Assembly: GCA_951406725.2 (NCBI GenBank)
Contig: OX597832.1
Span: 61,876,001-61,940,000, forward strand
DNA length: 64,000 bases
Origin: Octopus vulgaris
Lineage: Eukaryota
Direction of reading: 5' to 3'
Both the position numbers and the translations under genes were made by a program. Below the pieces are notes generated by a model. It had not been told where the DNA came from and searched no databases. It was given only the letters and a program-made list of their open reading frames with translations. Shown here in pieces: positions 26,056 through 42,071 of the stretch; within the stretch, counting starts at the first letter, position 1, and each line of letters starts with the position of its first letter.

Positions 26056-26892
26056 TCTCTGTGTGTATGTATGTTTGTATGTATGAGAGAGAGGGGTAGG
26101 AGAATTAGTCTGTTTGCATTTAGACATAAGCCATACACACAGTCAATAGAAGTAATAAAGCAGGTACATATTTACGTCACCAAGCAATATACTACTGCCT
26201 ATCGCATATAATTGCTTAATATATATTTTACTGTCGGTTTTGTGTCGAATAATGCCACGGGAAAATATTCACGTCTCTTCAGACATGCTGGCCGGAAGCG
26301 CATAGACTCTTTAGCGCTGGAGGTACAGAGAATCTAACTTGAATTGGCGGCAGCATAATGATAGTACAAAATTTTGAGTGAAAATTTGTTCGACCGATCC
26401 ATTCTTTTTTTTTTCATTGTTTGATCTCACTTCCATTTTGTAAATATATATATACTCTCACACTTGTCGTTTACCCAAATTAATCAAAACTATTTGATCG
26501 GGCCGTGAATATAAAACAAAATACTAGCAGACGGTAATTTCCAAGAGCATCGAAATGCATCATTCTATTAAGCGACGCTGTGACCTGTTACCCAATGTTG
26601 TCCATAAAGTGATTTACCGTATTTTTAATCGATACATGCTTTATGAAATTGCTTACGATTTTTCTTATAGTATATATTTTCTTTAAGGAGTAGCTACGAT
26701 GACTTTTCTAACAAGATTAAACACTGTGCATTGTGCGCCATGGATTTTGTCTTTCTCTTTCTGTTATTACTTGTTTGCCTGTCCATTTGTCTATCTGTCT
26801 GCTTTTTCTGTCTGTCTGTCTCTCGCTTTCTCGTTCTCTCACTCTCTTTCTTTGTCTGTGTGTATGTGTGTGCATGTGTTTCTCTCTCACTG

Positions 26893-26934
<42 letters not shown>

Positions 26935-27800
26935 TTAAGAACGGTTAAAGTGAACCGGTGAACAAGTTAGAAAAATAACTAAGACGATGGAGGAAGGGTG
27001 AGTTAAGTAATAGACGTGAATATAGATACAAATATAGATAAGAAGTACAGAGAGAGACGGGGAGAGAGAGAACGATAAACAGACAGAGAGGGAAACAGAG
27101 GGAGACAAAGAGAGAAACAGACATCCAGAGAGAAAGATGGATAGAGAGAAAGAGCGAGAGAGAATAAGGGAGAGAGAGAGAGAGAGAGAGAAGTAGAGAT
27201 TGAAGAGTGCAAAAAAAAGTGCTACCACAGTGGAAGAGATACAATTGAACAATAAAAGAAGGCAAATCAAGAGAAACTGAATGAACGAAGTGGTTATGGA
27301 AAGCGCGGAAAATTAAAATAGAGAGAAAGAGATAGAGACAGTGGAATTTACAATGTGCGATTGAGTGAAAGAAAAATTGAGCGGGAATATACGAAAATAA
27401 AACCAAAGAAAGCTTGAGGGGTGATGGTAGAATCGAAGAGAGAAGTAATCGAAGATATTTTGTAAAGTATTTTTAAAAAAAATATCAAATGGCGCGAAAT
27501 GAGAGACAAACGACAGTGAAAAAGACAAACAAAAGAGAGAAAAAGAATGAAGGAAAGAATGTTGAAGAGAGAGAAAGAAAGAAAAGGAAGGAATGATAAA
27601 GAGAAACTTAGAAGAATGAGTTAGAGGAAGAAGAATACACATAAGCTGATGAAGACGACGAGGAAGCAAAATTAGATAGAAACGAAAAGAGAGGAGGAAA
27701 GCCAAAGAAGAAAGTCGAATGAAAACCGACCAGAGTGAAAGAGATGGAGGCAATGAAGGAAAGTGGCGATACGAGAAAGAGAGAGAAGATACGTGAGAGA

Positions 27801-27815
27801 GTAGTGGTGGTAGTG

Positions 27816-27864
<49 letters not shown>
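27801..27864. repeat. (GTA)n microsatellite
   Basis: Direct reading. Confidence 0.95.
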
Positions 27865-27865
<1 letters not shown>

Positions 27866-27992
27866 TGATGGGGAGAGGCGAAAGGGAAGCTATTAAAATG
27901 GCAATCTTTTCAAACAATGCTAACAGCTGTTTTCAATAAAATTTCATTGAATATTTCAACGGCTCCGTTTGCCTCAATCTCTGTCTGTTTCT

Positions 27993-28032
<40 letters not shown>

Positions 28033-28249
28033 CTATCCATCCATTCATACCTCAATCTATCTCTCTCTCTCTCTATGTATCTTTCGCGCTCTCTTTAACT
28101 CCACTTCCCTTGTAGCCTTCTCTCCTGAGTCAATTTTTCTTCTATCGTTCAATGCTTTTCCTTGATTGTCTCAATTGTAAAGCCAATGCCAATTCGACAC
28201 AAGACATTCTTTTGCCAAGTTTTAAGCCTAATGCACACTGACTCCGTAC

Positions 28250-28288
<39 letters not shown>

Positions 28289-28443
28289 TTTCCATATCTT
28301 TCGTTCCAGTTCAGCTTCTTACTTTCATTCAGTGAATTTCTCTCTTTTTGTTTCTTTGTCTCTATGACATTCCCATCTTTTCTCAGTCTCGTTTGTGACA
28401 CCATCTATCATGAAATCTCTCTCTCTCCCTCTCTCTTTATATA

Positions 28444-28476
<33 letters not shown>

Positions 28477-28482
28477 ACATAT

Positions 28483-28558
<76 letters not shown>

Positions 28559-28565
28559 TATATAC

Positions 28566-28612
<47 letters not shown>

Positions 28613-28948
28613 CATATATATATGTATATGTATGTATAATATATATATACACACACATATATATATATGCACACACACAAACACACATACATACATACAT
28701 ATATACATATTTCTATAAATATGTTTATAATCTATCTATCGAACTAGCATCCAATCAATCGATCGATCAATCAATTAATCAATCAATCAATCAATAATTC
28801 TATCAAATTACCTATCTACGCATCTATCTATCTGTATGTCTAGCTATCTATCTACCTATCTATTTATTTGTCTCTTTGCCTACATATCAATCAGTCTATC
28901 TATCTCTCCATCCATCTGTCTATCTGCTTGTTTATCTATCTATCTATA

Positions 28949-29015
<67 letters not shown>

Positions 29016-29550
29016 TCATTTTCGTATCCATGTCATTTTTCGTCTTCTCTTGTCAGGGAAATTACGACTTGGGCTTTTTAGCCATTCACAATCCAACCTA
29101 ATCAATCAACATACTTTACATATGTCCTGTATATATTCTGTTGCAAGAAAACTTGCTACAAAACATCACACCGCGTCATTCTATTCTTTTCCCCTCTCCG
29201 CGCTCTCCTGCATCCACCTCTGCATCCATCTATGCATACATACGTACATACATACACACGAACACACGCTCACATAGACATCTATACTCACATATACACA
29301 CATATTTATGTAGCATGGCCACAGTCAAATGACTGATAGAGATTAAAGGAATATACATATATACACACACACATACATACATACATACACACATATATAT
29401 TCACTATAATATGTATATATACATATGTATATATATATATATATACGCATATATAAATATATATACATATATATAAATATAAATATATATATATGTAAAT
29501 ATATATATATATATATATATATAAATACAAACACACACATAGACATATAT

Positions 29551-29588
<38 letters not shown>

Positions 29589-29610
29589 ATATACATTCGA
29601 CGATGCAATC

Positions 29611-29644
<34 letters not shown>

Positions 29645-29662
29645 ATACACACACACACATAG

Positions 29663-29746
<84 letters not shown>

Positions 29747-29767
29747 ATATACGTTCGAAGATGCAAT

Positions 29768-29805
<38 letters not shown>

Positions 29806-30209
29806 CGTACGTACATAGATATCCCGCCAAACCGTAATTCATTCAATGCCTAACCCAGCCTACTCACATGCAACACAACACAAAACATACTTTCCACCTA
29901 CATGTGCCCCCCACCAAGCACTGTCACATGACCGCCTCCAACCACTACCACCACCACCACTGTCTTACCATGCATCCGCCTCCGCCGCTGACACCGCCGA
30001 CGCCGTCGCCGCCACGGTCCCGTTCCCTTACCGTCGTCCCATTCATTCCGTCCTTTCTTTATTCACAGCTTTCTATTGCTTCGATGCAAAAATATAGTCA
30101 CTTATGCAGTTAGCTTGCTTACGATATCAACTCGGTGCACAGTATGGCTGCAGTGAAACAAAAGCAGGTCTATTCTTTGGACCAGTCAAAATAGCTGCCA
30201 AGAGATAAA

Positions 30210-31800
<1,591 letters not shown>

Positions 31801-32176
31801 TGTATGCGTCTGTGAGAGTGTATGTGTGTGTGTTTGTGTGTCTGTATTTCACGTTATGCTTGAGTGTATGTGCGTGTGCATGTGTATATGTGAGTGTATG
31901 TGTGTGCATGCTATGAATTAAGTAGCGAGAAGGGAAAGAAAATATCGTAAGACAAAATGGCGAGTTGACATGTCAAACTGACTGGACAGTTTTTCTTTCA
32001 TTTCTTATCTGTTAGTCATTTATTATAAAGGTCGTTTTTATTTCATTTTTGTTTGTATTCTTCCTTCTTACATCTGTTCCGTGGCGTTCGTTTTGTCATT
32101 GCCTAAATGCATAATACTTAACATAAGAATATATGACAGATGTATACATTCCTTCCTCTATATATGTACATACATA

Positions 32177-32271
<95 letters not shown>

Positions 32272-32744
32272 CATGTACACAAATATGTAGTATATAGATC
32301 TGAAAGAACAACAAATAGTGTGCATTAGTTTGACGCCCGGGAAATGTGGAAATAGTCTTTAATATTTCGAGCCTACGCTCTTCTACAGAAAGTATAGAGG
32401 AGGAGAGAAAGAGGAGTGCCTGAATTAAACGTCCAAAGAATTATACTTTTATACATATGCATATTCTTGCACAACTCTCTGTCTCTCTTTGCCTCTCTCT
32501 GTCTCTCTCTCTCTCTGTCTCGATATATCTATGTATACCTATATACATAGCTTAAAGAGACAATAGCCGTAGAAGCAACAAAAAACGTATTACATCCAGT
32601 GACAGATAAATATCAATCCGATACGTAATCGAAAAAGCTATCATGTTTTCCTGATACTTGAACAAGCATATCAGAAAATACGCTAAGATACATGGCGTAT
32701 TCTATAACTCTCTAAATAAATTGATATATATCTACATCTGAATA

Positions 32745-32791
<47 letters not shown>

Positions 32792-32824
32792 GCACATACA
32801 CACACACAAATATAAATCTATATA

Positions 32825-32988
32825 TTCCTTTGTAATTTTATCTGTTTCAATCATGCAGACGTGCAACAGCACCACCTTTAGTTGAAGACATCAACCCTAG
32901 GACATATTCATTGTGAGACTTCTAAGTTATGGTGACGTAAACACACCAACATTGGTTGTCAATAGATGAAGGCGGGACAAATTCAGAC

Positions 32989-33021
<33 letters not shown>

Positions 33022-33237
33022 ATTCAGACACACACACACATGATATATGTGTGTGTGTGTGTGTGTGTGCAAGTATATATAAGTATATATATAATATCTA
33101 TATGTCGGACTTCTTTCAGTTTCCGTCTACCAAATCTATTCATACGCGTTTGGTCGGCCCGAGTCTATAGTAGAAGACTGAACCCGGAACCGTGAGGTTC
33201 AGAAGCAAGCTTCTTACCACGCCACTACGCCTGCGTC
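32825..33237 (-). mobile_element. SINE family A, decayed
   Basis: CTTCTTTCAGTTTCCGTCTACCAAATC and GAACCCGGAACC..AAGCAAGCTTCTTACCAC. Confidence 0.8.
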
Positions 33238-33330
33238 TACATGCATGCACATACATATATATATGTATATATATATTTATTTTAACACACGGTTTCACAT
33301 CAAGAAACTTGCAACACAAATTGATAAATA

Positions 33331-33361
<31 letters not shown>

Positions 33362-33515
33362 TACGTACCCGCAACTTAGCACTTCGGCTAAAGACACTGA
33401 TAGAATAAGTACCAGGGTTAAAACGGGAGGCCTAGATTTGATTCGGTCCAGAAATATTTCTACAAGGTTTTACCCAAGCATGGCCGCAGTCAAAAGACTG
33501 AAACAAGTAAAATGT
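33362..33515 (+). mobile_element. SINE family A, 3' half
   Basis: GATAGAATAAGTAC..GCATGGCCGCAGTCAAAAGACTGAAACAAGTAAAA. Confidence 0.75.
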
Positions 33516-34244
33516 AAAATCTAACAATATGAAATACAACGCACTGCTTCTAGTATATTAATCCTATTTGTTTCCACCCAGCCCTCTCCTGTTGCTGACA
33601 AATGGCCGTTGTCTGCAGCCCACAATGTATTAATATAATATGTACAATGAATAAATCAGAAACGAAAAGACAAAAATATTAGCTTCATAGAGAGGCTAAC
33701 ACTCTTATTAAATGCCAAAGAAACAGATTTATATGTTAGAAGACGTCGTTGAAAATTTATTAGGCGAACGCAAGAAAACATCGCCATGTTATGACAAATA
33801 TCTTTACCGGAAGTATATCTAGGAAACGGGCTACTGAGAGGAAAGAGATTATATAATTTGTGGTGATAAATTTTGTTGAAATATGTTTATTAACAACTTT
33901 CGTTGTTTAACAAGTGTTTAAAATTGAAGTAAATTAATTTAACATATTTTTACTTTGATTTCGGTTTTCTTTTTGCAGAGAAATACGGACGTTTCTTTTG
34001 ATTTTTATCAAATGATATATATATATATATATATAAGATTACTACATATAAAGTATACACAAACACACGTGTGTAGATATGTATATATATATATATATAT
34101 ATATACAAACATACATACATACATACGCATAGAAGTACATATACATGCAATGAATAAATTGTCGCCATTTTATTTTTGTCTTTATTTCGCGCATGCAGTT
34201 TGCTTGTTTTTGATTTTTTCGACTACACAGTATAGCAGGGTTAG

Positions 34245-34832
34245 TTAGGTACGCTCTGTGAAAAAAACAGGACCATGAGGCAATTCAAACTGCGAGAAAT
34301 TTGGAAACAACATGCTGTATTACTTGGCATTCGCGCCTGAAGCTCCAATACGAACATCTCAAAGTGTTTGGATGTCAAACTAAGGACGGTGCAGTCAGAG
34401 GACATGTACTGAGAGGGATAGCAATATAGTTAACAGCATGGTGTTTGAAGTGATCACAAGTGATGGCGACGTTCTGCCTCCATTTTTCTTCACACACGGC
34501 TTCATACTCAACATGGAGGTCTACATCAAGTGCTTGGAGGAGGTAGTGCTGCCTTGGGTCGAGATGGTAGCTGCTGGAAGAACCTATGTCCGACAACAGG
34601 ACTCTGCACCATGCCACACAAGCAGAGGTATCTAGTTATTGCTGTCAGACTATTTCTGCGACCACATCACCTCTAACATCTGTCCACTTAACCCCCAAGA
34701 CTACAACCCACTTCATTATTATGTGTGGGGTGCAGTTGAACGAGAGAGTAACATAATTCCTTGTAATACCAAAGATGAACTGAAGGGAAGGATTATGGCC
34801 GCATTCACCAACTTAAGCAAGGAGACCGTATG
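34245..34832 (+). pseudogene. DD37D (maT/Bmmar1-like) transposase remnant
   Basis: MVFEVITSDGDVLPPFFF..QQDSAPCHTS..PQDYNPLHYYVWGAVE; 37 codons separate the QQD aspartate from the mutated third residue (H). Confidence 0.85.
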
Positions 34833-34862
34833 CTAGTATTCATGTATATATGTATATATGTA

Positions 34863-34956
<94 letters not shown>

Positions 34957-35039
34957 CATATATATATATAAATAAATTAAAGAATGGAGTCGAACGAAGA
35001 TGTTAACAAAATTCCTCCCAGTTATCCAAGAGAATTTCA

Positions 35040-35414
35040 AACCATTATTCAACATTCAGGGATAGTAAAAAACGACATAGTACAGGGCTAAGTAAATTAG
35101 TTTGGCGTCTTAAAGACAACAATATAAATTTCAAGTTAGATTGGTTCATACTGTCTGTATCCTTTCCTTTTGATAAGGGCAGGAGATTTTGTAAAATTTG
35201 CAACTCTGAACTCTTCCATATTCTCTTCTCTAAGGTTCCCCTTGTAAACACACTCATAGAAAAATCATACAAATGTAAACACTGGCAGAAACATACTTTT
35301 TACTCATATAAATGATAACGATAGTCACTGTGGTTTGAACAATTAGCTTAACATGCACTCCACTTCAATAGCGAAATTCTTTCCTAAGCCTTCGAACATT
35401 CTTTCAATCCCTCT

Positions 35415-35415
<1 letters not shown>
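35040..35415 (+). mobile_element. Penelope-like GIY-YIG C-terminal fragment
   Basis: [50 protein letters not shown] parallels the element at 23565-23945. Confidence 0.75.
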
Positions 35416-35463
<48 letters not shown>

Positions 35464-35466
<3 letters not shown>

Positions 35467-35539
35467 TTTGATACTTTGATAGGTTTCGGCCATTATTGGC
35501 CCAGGCCATGTCTAACTTAATAGCACCACCTGGTGCTAT
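35464..35539 (-). mobile_element. 70-bp CR1 3' terminus in (TA)n
   Basis: 35464-35533 is the exact reverse complement of 2871-2940. Confidence 0.8.
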
Positions 35540-35567
35540 ATACATATATATATGTATGTATGTATAT

Positions 35568-35700
35568 AGTTGGAATTTACAGAAAACCAAAAGATGAAGG
35601 CAGGTGTATAAACAATAAACAGATGTATTAGTTTGACGCTCGGGAAGATGTGAAAGTATTTTACGTTTCGAGCCTACGCTCTTCAACTGAAAGTAACGTG
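35568..35700 (-). mobile_element. Penelope-like terminal fragment, same family as 5688-5820
   Basis: TTACGTTTCGAGCCTACGCTCTTCAAC shared. Confidence 0.7.
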
Positions 35701-35752
35701 AAGAAATAAACAGAAAGAGAATAAATAAATAAATAAATAAATGAATAAATAA

Positions 35753-35833
<81 letters not shown>

Positions 35834-36448
35834 TGTGTGTGTGTCTGCAGCTACCACCTGACAACTGGTGTTGGAGTGTTCATGTGTATAACCGATAGAA
35901 TAAATACATGACCGAAGCCCAATGACTGAAACAAGTAAAAGAGACAAGATAAAATATATTTGTCTACTACGATTAAAGCACAGATTAGTATACATTGGAG
36001 AAACTGGCCGGAGACAGCATAATAGTTCCCCTGAGCACCTCAATGAATATTTAAACTACAGCAGGTCCTCTTTCGTTTGCAGCTTCTTTCTACTCAGGTA
36101 GCCATACGATTCGGCACCTCTTTGTTTTCAATCTTGCGTCATATAAAGGAAGAGCAACATCCTGCCTACCATTAAAGCAATTATCTTCGTTGGATGGACT
36201 TATCCAGCGGGAAGACTTAATTTAATCTCTCACTTTCGCATTTATTGTTTTTCTCACTTTGTCTAGCTCTCTCGCTCTCTTTCTCCCTCTCTCTCTCTCT
36301 TTCTCCCCCTCTCTCTCTCTCATACACACACACACATATAAATATGTATATATATACGCACACACACATATATAATATATGCATATATATGTATATGTGT
36401 ATGCATGTTTATATACATGTATATGTATACATATATGTGTATATATAA

Positions 36449-36511
<63 letters not shown>

Positions 36512-37149
36512 CACATACATACATGCATACATACATATATACAGGAGACAGAAAATAAAAACGAAAGGCAGAAAGGAAGGAAAAAGGAGAGAAAGAGAGA
36601 ATGGAAGAAAGAATTGAAAACATTTGTTAGACAAATAGCTAGAGTTTACTGTTAAGAAACATATCCTGTCTGTGTTTGCGTGCGAGTGTGTGTGCGTGCG
36701 TGCGTGTGTATGTATATGAGTGAGAGAGAGAGGGGGGAGCGAGAGAGAGGGAGAGCGATAATTTGACGGACAAACAGTCAGACATTGTGAGTCAGAATGA
36801 CAGGCGTACAAATTGAAAGGAATGAAATCTCTCGACTAAAGAAACTCCGGTGTTGGCATTCTTTTACAGGGAAATCTACTTAGCTGGTCATTTTAATGTA
36901 GCCTTTATCTTAAAGTTCGATATTGACAAAGTTTATAGACAATCAATAGCTGACATCGTTCTTGATTAGTCCTGTCAATAGATTGGACCGAGAAAGACAT
37001 CGTATTGTCAGAAATTTCTCGTATGAAATAATCTACTATTCGGCTAGGGTCTGGTTTTCGTGAGGTGAGACTCGGTCGAGTGTCTCATTATCATCCTAAT
37101 ACTATGTATGTATGTTTCTATAGGAAAATTAATATTTATCTATCATCTG

Positions 37150-37340
37150 TCTCTCTGTCTATCTATGTATCTACCTATCTATCTCCCTGTCTATACCTCT
37201 GTCTATCTATGTCTCTACCTATCTATCTCCCTGTCTATCTCTCTATCTATGTATCTACCTTTCTATCTCTCTGTCTATCTATGTATCTACCTATCTATCT
37301 CTATGTCTATCTCTCTGTCTATCTATGTATCTACCTATCT
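37150..37340. repeat. TCTA-derived minisatellite (32-44 bp unit)
   Basis: CTGTCTATCTATGTATCTACCTATCTATCT recurs about 5 times. Confidence 0.8.
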
Positions 37341-38910
37341 CAAAAGCCTTCGATAAGGTAGACCATCACTACTTGGGGTCTGTCCTTAAAGCGGCTGGTT
37401 TTGGTCCCATCTTCCGCGGTTGGATCACTGCCTTATGCAGCGGCAACCACTCGGTAGTTCGCGTAAATGGTCATCTATCTAGACCTTTTAACATCATGCG
37501 TTCGGTTCGTCAAGGATGACCCCTCTCATCACTTCTGTATGTATTGACTCTTGAGCCACTACTGCGGAAACTAGCGACGCTGAGGGGCATCCCACGAGAA
37601 CTGGGATGCGTGATGAGCGTGGCTGCATACGTGGACGACATCACCGTCATAGTGTCGAGTCACAAGCACATCGATCTTGTCGGCGAGACACTAAAAGAAT
37701 ACGAAGCGGTAACGGGAGCAGAAATTAACTGGGAAAAGTCAGTGGACTTGCGGCTCGGCACCTGAAGAAGCAAGCCCATGTCATCCAAACATGGGCCGAG
37801 TGAAAGCTACCTCTAAAAGGTCGGGCAGAGGTAGCTAATGCGTATATCGCATCAATCATCGATTACCACCTGACCGTCGTACCTTTTCCGATGCGACCAT
37901 CACGAAACTAGAACGCGTACTCTTCCGCTTTCTGTGGAAGGGTGGCGATCCGATGGTGAGGCGATCCATTTGCTGTCAACATCCGTTAACTGAAGGACTG
38001 GGGATGCCGTGTATATGATGCGCAGGCTAGCGCTGAGACTGCGGCATCTCTGGAATTTCATTGACGACGGTGAACAGGTGAGGGCGCCGTTCGTGAGGCG
38101 CGCCTTCCCACAGCTCGTCTCACTGACCGAACTGCAAACATGGATCAAAAAGAGACCGAACCTGGGCGATTAGCACCGCGAGTGTCGCCAAGCTCTACAG
38201 CACCTCTGCAGTCCGGGATCAAACTTGTGCAACTTCCAAACGATTATTGCGTTCTATAGAGGACTAGTGGAGGGGCGGTCCGACGACATTCTTGGGGCAA
38301 TCCTGGGTGCCGACGAGAAATTCTTAACCCGCTTTTCAAGATGACGTTCGGGTCGGGGCCTATGGATAACTTCCAGAGATCCCTGGCTTGGCAATGCTAT
38401 CGGGACGCACTACCAGTTCGTGAGATCTACAGACACGGTTCGAAAACCACCAGACCGACCTGCCCGAGATGCGGTCAGAGCGACGAACCCGTTCTGCACG
38501 CACTCGTGCAGTGTCCACATATTTCAGAGCTGCGGACCTTCGTTGAACGGCTGTTGTCATGTGTGGGACAGGCCTGCTTGTCAGCCGAGTCTATTGTGAA
38601 TATTGTTCCGCCACCTTTCTTTAAACGGGAAGGGAAAACAGTTTTCGTAACACTGATAGCTATGACGAAAGAATGCGTGTGGTGGACGCGTTTGAAAGCC
38701 CTACAAACAAACACTTTCCTCTCTGGTCAGTCTCTCTTCAACTTTTTCAAGTACCACTTGAAAAGGAGGATTAGAATAGAGAGGAAACTGTTGTCGAATG
38801 AAAGTTTCAATAAAAAACGGGTAAATGTAGCAAGAGTGGTAAGTATGAAAGACGACACCATTTTAAGCATAAATCTATAACAAAAAGAGAAAACGAGAGG
38901 AAAGGTACTT
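37341..38910 (+). mobile_element. Tx1/L1-clade LINE ORF2 remnant, 5'-truncated
   Basis: KAFDKVDHHYL..VRVNGHLSRPF..SVRQG*PLS..AYVDDIT..INWEKS reverse transcriptase motifs; C-terminal CPRC..H..C knuckle; stops and frameshifts. Confidence 0.92.
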
Positions 38911-38929
38911 ACTCGTATGTACATTTTGA

Positions 38930-39000
38930 ACAAGGTGCCAGGCAGTGGGACTGAACTCAGTTCAATGTGGTTGGGAAGCAAGCTACTAATTACACCACAA
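38930..39000 (-). mobile_element. SINE family A head fragment
   Basis: CAAGGTGCCA..CAGTGGGACTGAAC..ATGTGGTTGGGAAGCAAGCTAC. Confidence 0.7.
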
Positions 39001-39214
39001 CTCATTATTTTGTAAAAATAAACCTGACCTCAGAGCCAAGAAAATGTTTTTTCTATCAAATATTATATAGTGATGCTGCTTTCATTTTCATTTATATTCT
39101 TCAATATATACTTCGTTGTCATCTGCATCATTGTCGTCATCAGTAGGGTAGGTCATAATGTGGATTGTCAACAACATCAAGCACATCATCATCTTTATTC
39201 AATACTCTTCAACC

Positions 39215-39317
39215 TCATCATCATCATCATCATCATCATCACTGACATGAACACCACCACCACCACCATCACCAACACCATCATCATCATCTCATCATCA
39301 TTATCATCATCATCATC

Positions 39318-39376
<59 letters not shown>

Positions 39377-39490
39377 AATTATTATCGTGGTCGTCGTTGT
39401 CATCATCATCCTCATCCTCACCGTCATCCTCATCATTATTATCAAGATTAACGTCACCGACTCCAGCACCTTCATCGCCATCACCATCAT
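39215..39490. repeat. (CAT)n-rich low-complexity array
   Basis: Direct reading. Confidence 0.92.
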
Positions 39491-39688
39491 CTTCTGTTAT
39501 TCAAAATACCATCATTGCCTGCTCGTCCGGACACAGTTGTGTCCTCCTCTATTAAAGCAGAGACGAATATCACACGACGAATATCAATGGTAACAACAAC
39601 AACAATAACAACAATAACAAATTCAACAAAATCAACAGAAGTAACTAACAACGGAACGAAAATGATAATGGAAATCTTCGATATATAC

Positions 39689-39739
<51 letters not shown>

Positions 39740-39916
39740 CGTATATTTATACATATATATGTATATATATATATCTTCTATCTAATTTACCACTGACTCC
39801 TTGACCACTCCCCCAAGTATGATTTTTTTGCACTATGCCTACCCCCAAAAAGTCCCCCACCACCACCCCTATAAACCTGCCTAAATGTATAAATGCCAAT
39901 ACAATTCTTGTTAACT

Positions 39917-39967
39917 AGCTTCCTGAAGATTTCTCTTGAATGAAACAGTTCTAGTCCTGTAGAAGCT
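39917..39967 (+). ncRNA. Type I hammerhead ribozyme-like motif (CUGAAGA core)
   Basis: AGCTTC-CTGAAGA-TTTCTCTTGAAT-GAAA-CAG-TTCTAGTC-CTG-TA-GAAGCT: 6-bp stem I, 4-bp stem III, GUA site, weak stem II. Confidence 0.75.
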
Positions 39968-40050
39968 CCTTCTATATAATAAATTAATTTTACTCTGCTA
40001 TGTATTGAGTACCTTATTTACTGTGGTTAACCCCGAATCAACCCGGGACC

Positions 40051-40097
<47 letters not shown>

Positions 40098-40107
40098 CAT
40101 ATATATT

Positions 40108-40160
<53 letters not shown>

Positions 40161-40205
40161 CTATATCTATATCAATATATATATCTATATCTATCTATAT
40201 ATATT

Positions 40206-40428
40206 TCTTTTTTTTTCACTTGTTTCAGTCATTTGACTGTGGCCATGCTGGAGCACCGCCTTTAGTCGAGCAAATCGAGCCCAGGACTTATTCTTTGTAA
40301 GCCTAGTACTTACTCTATCGGTCTCCTTTGCCGAACCGCTAAATTACGGGGACGTAAACACACCAACATCAGTTGTCAAGTGATGTTGGGGGAACAAACA
40401 CAGACACACAAACCTATACACACAATAC

Positions 40429-40480
<52 letters not shown>

Positions 40481-40648
40481 TACGACGGGCTTCTTTTCAG
40501 TTTCCGTCTACCAAATCCACTCACAAGGCTTTGGACGGCCCGAGACTATAGTAGAAGACACTTGCCCAACGTTCCACGCAGTGGGGCTGAACCCGGAACC
40601 ACGTGGTTGGTAAGCAAGCTACTTACAACACAGCCACTCCTACGCCTG
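40206..40648 (-). mobile_element. SINE family A, full length
   Basis: Complete tail-to-head match to 57930-58297, including the internal microsatellite. Confidence 0.93.
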
Positions 40649-40654
40649 GTGTAG

Positions 40655-41030
40655 TTTGAAAGAGAGTCTGGGTCCATTGCCATGGCAGTCTCTTTGAGAT
40701 CAAAGAGATAAAAGCACTGGGAACATTGAAACATGCCATTTGAAGGCTGCAAGAAAAATATTCGCTGGGGAGAGAATTCCAGAGAGCTGACATTTTAAGT
40801 ATGGAAGACTGACCATGGGTAAGTAGGGAGCTTAGGGTGGGTTGTATACACAACACTGATGATGAACAGAGAAATGAGTGAGTCAGGAGTGCCTGAGTGG
40901 TGGTGATTCTAGATTAGCCAGGTAGTGGATTAGCGTCACTATACCTACGGCAGAGTAAGAGGAAACAGTATTCCGATTATCAGTCGTATTGCATGAATTT
41001 ACTAAGGGTTGTAAAAGAGTCAGTATGGGA
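40655..41030 (-). mobile_element. CR1/L2-type LINE C-terminal remnant
   Basis: KMSALWNSLPSEYF matches the LWNSLP C-terminal motif of this group; heavily decayed. Confidence 0.6.
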
Positions 41031-42071
41031 AACGCGATGTTATTGAATAATTAAGGGTTGACGTAGTAAATGCACAGAACATAAAATATAAATAAAAAAT
41101 ATTCCGAGAGAAAATGTGATTAAAATTTCAGTTTCCGTTGATGACAATTTTGAGATATTATTTTGGCCAGTTCAGATATATTTGAGCACGTTTTAACCAC
41201 GACTATCCTATGATTATAGTGGAAATTTGACAGAAAATTTCGATCTAAATATATACTTGCTCGTTTATGAATTTGTGGGGGAAAATTTGGCTGTTAAAAA
41301 CGATTACTTCCTCGTTCTCTTATCTTATAACTAAATAGTAAGATAAGTTGTGAAATTGCTTTGTTGAGTATTTAAGGCAGCATCTCACAATAGTTGTCTC
41401 CCCTACATCACTTTAAAATATTTTAGAAAATCGCTGTTTTGCACGTTAAATATGCCTATATTTTACTCGCCGAATTTTTGGCGCTAATTTCAGAATGTCG
41501 AAGCTGTTGCGGTGACAATTCCATTCTCATTTTCATCCACCAGCTGTTTGCAAATATAGAATGCCGAAAAGCTGTTTTAATAACTCCATACCCATGCTTC
41601 AATTCTTCAGCCGTGCAGAAAAGAACAGATTTGCCGTCATGAATTTAGCACAATATTCCTCCAGTTGTGAAAGCATAGCCACAGATCTATCTATATGCAC
41701 CAGCTATTTTGTCATAGATAACAGTTTTTCTCTCACAGCGTGTATAAATTGTTGTTTGTATTCTTCATTCAAAGATGAACAAAAAAAACACTATGCACAG
41801 TGTAGTTTGGGGAACTGTAATATGAAGATCAAAGTGCGATTCACCTACCTCTGTGTCGACTGTTCGGCTAGGTTAAATCCAAGAATCGCCCTACCCATCT
41901 GACCTATCGCTTGAACCTACGCTAATTCCTTTTCCATCTTGCACGTCTACACGCGCCCGTCCGTTGCCCGAGGCCAAAGAGATATATATATGTATAATTT
42001 AAGGTAAAATTTTTCGAAAAAATTTCTATCAATGGCCAACATATTAAAAAAATACCTTTAAAGGTTAAATT

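Noticed and set aside
26283-26322. Possible 40-bp exon (TCTCTTCAG acceptor, GAG/GTACAG donor; HAGRKRIDSLALE)
   Set aside because: Weak donor, no recognisable homology and no partner exons; needs RNA-seq
31950-33820. YY1-like AAAATGGCG (about 31954) and ETS-like ACCGGAAGT (about 33806) words
   Set aside because: Isolated short motifs expected by chance, with no supporting promoter context
41561-41902. Cys-rich ORF loosely like a piggyBac C-terminal domain
   Set aside because: Cys/His spacing is incomplete and no catalytic domain or TTAA-flanked TIRs were seen
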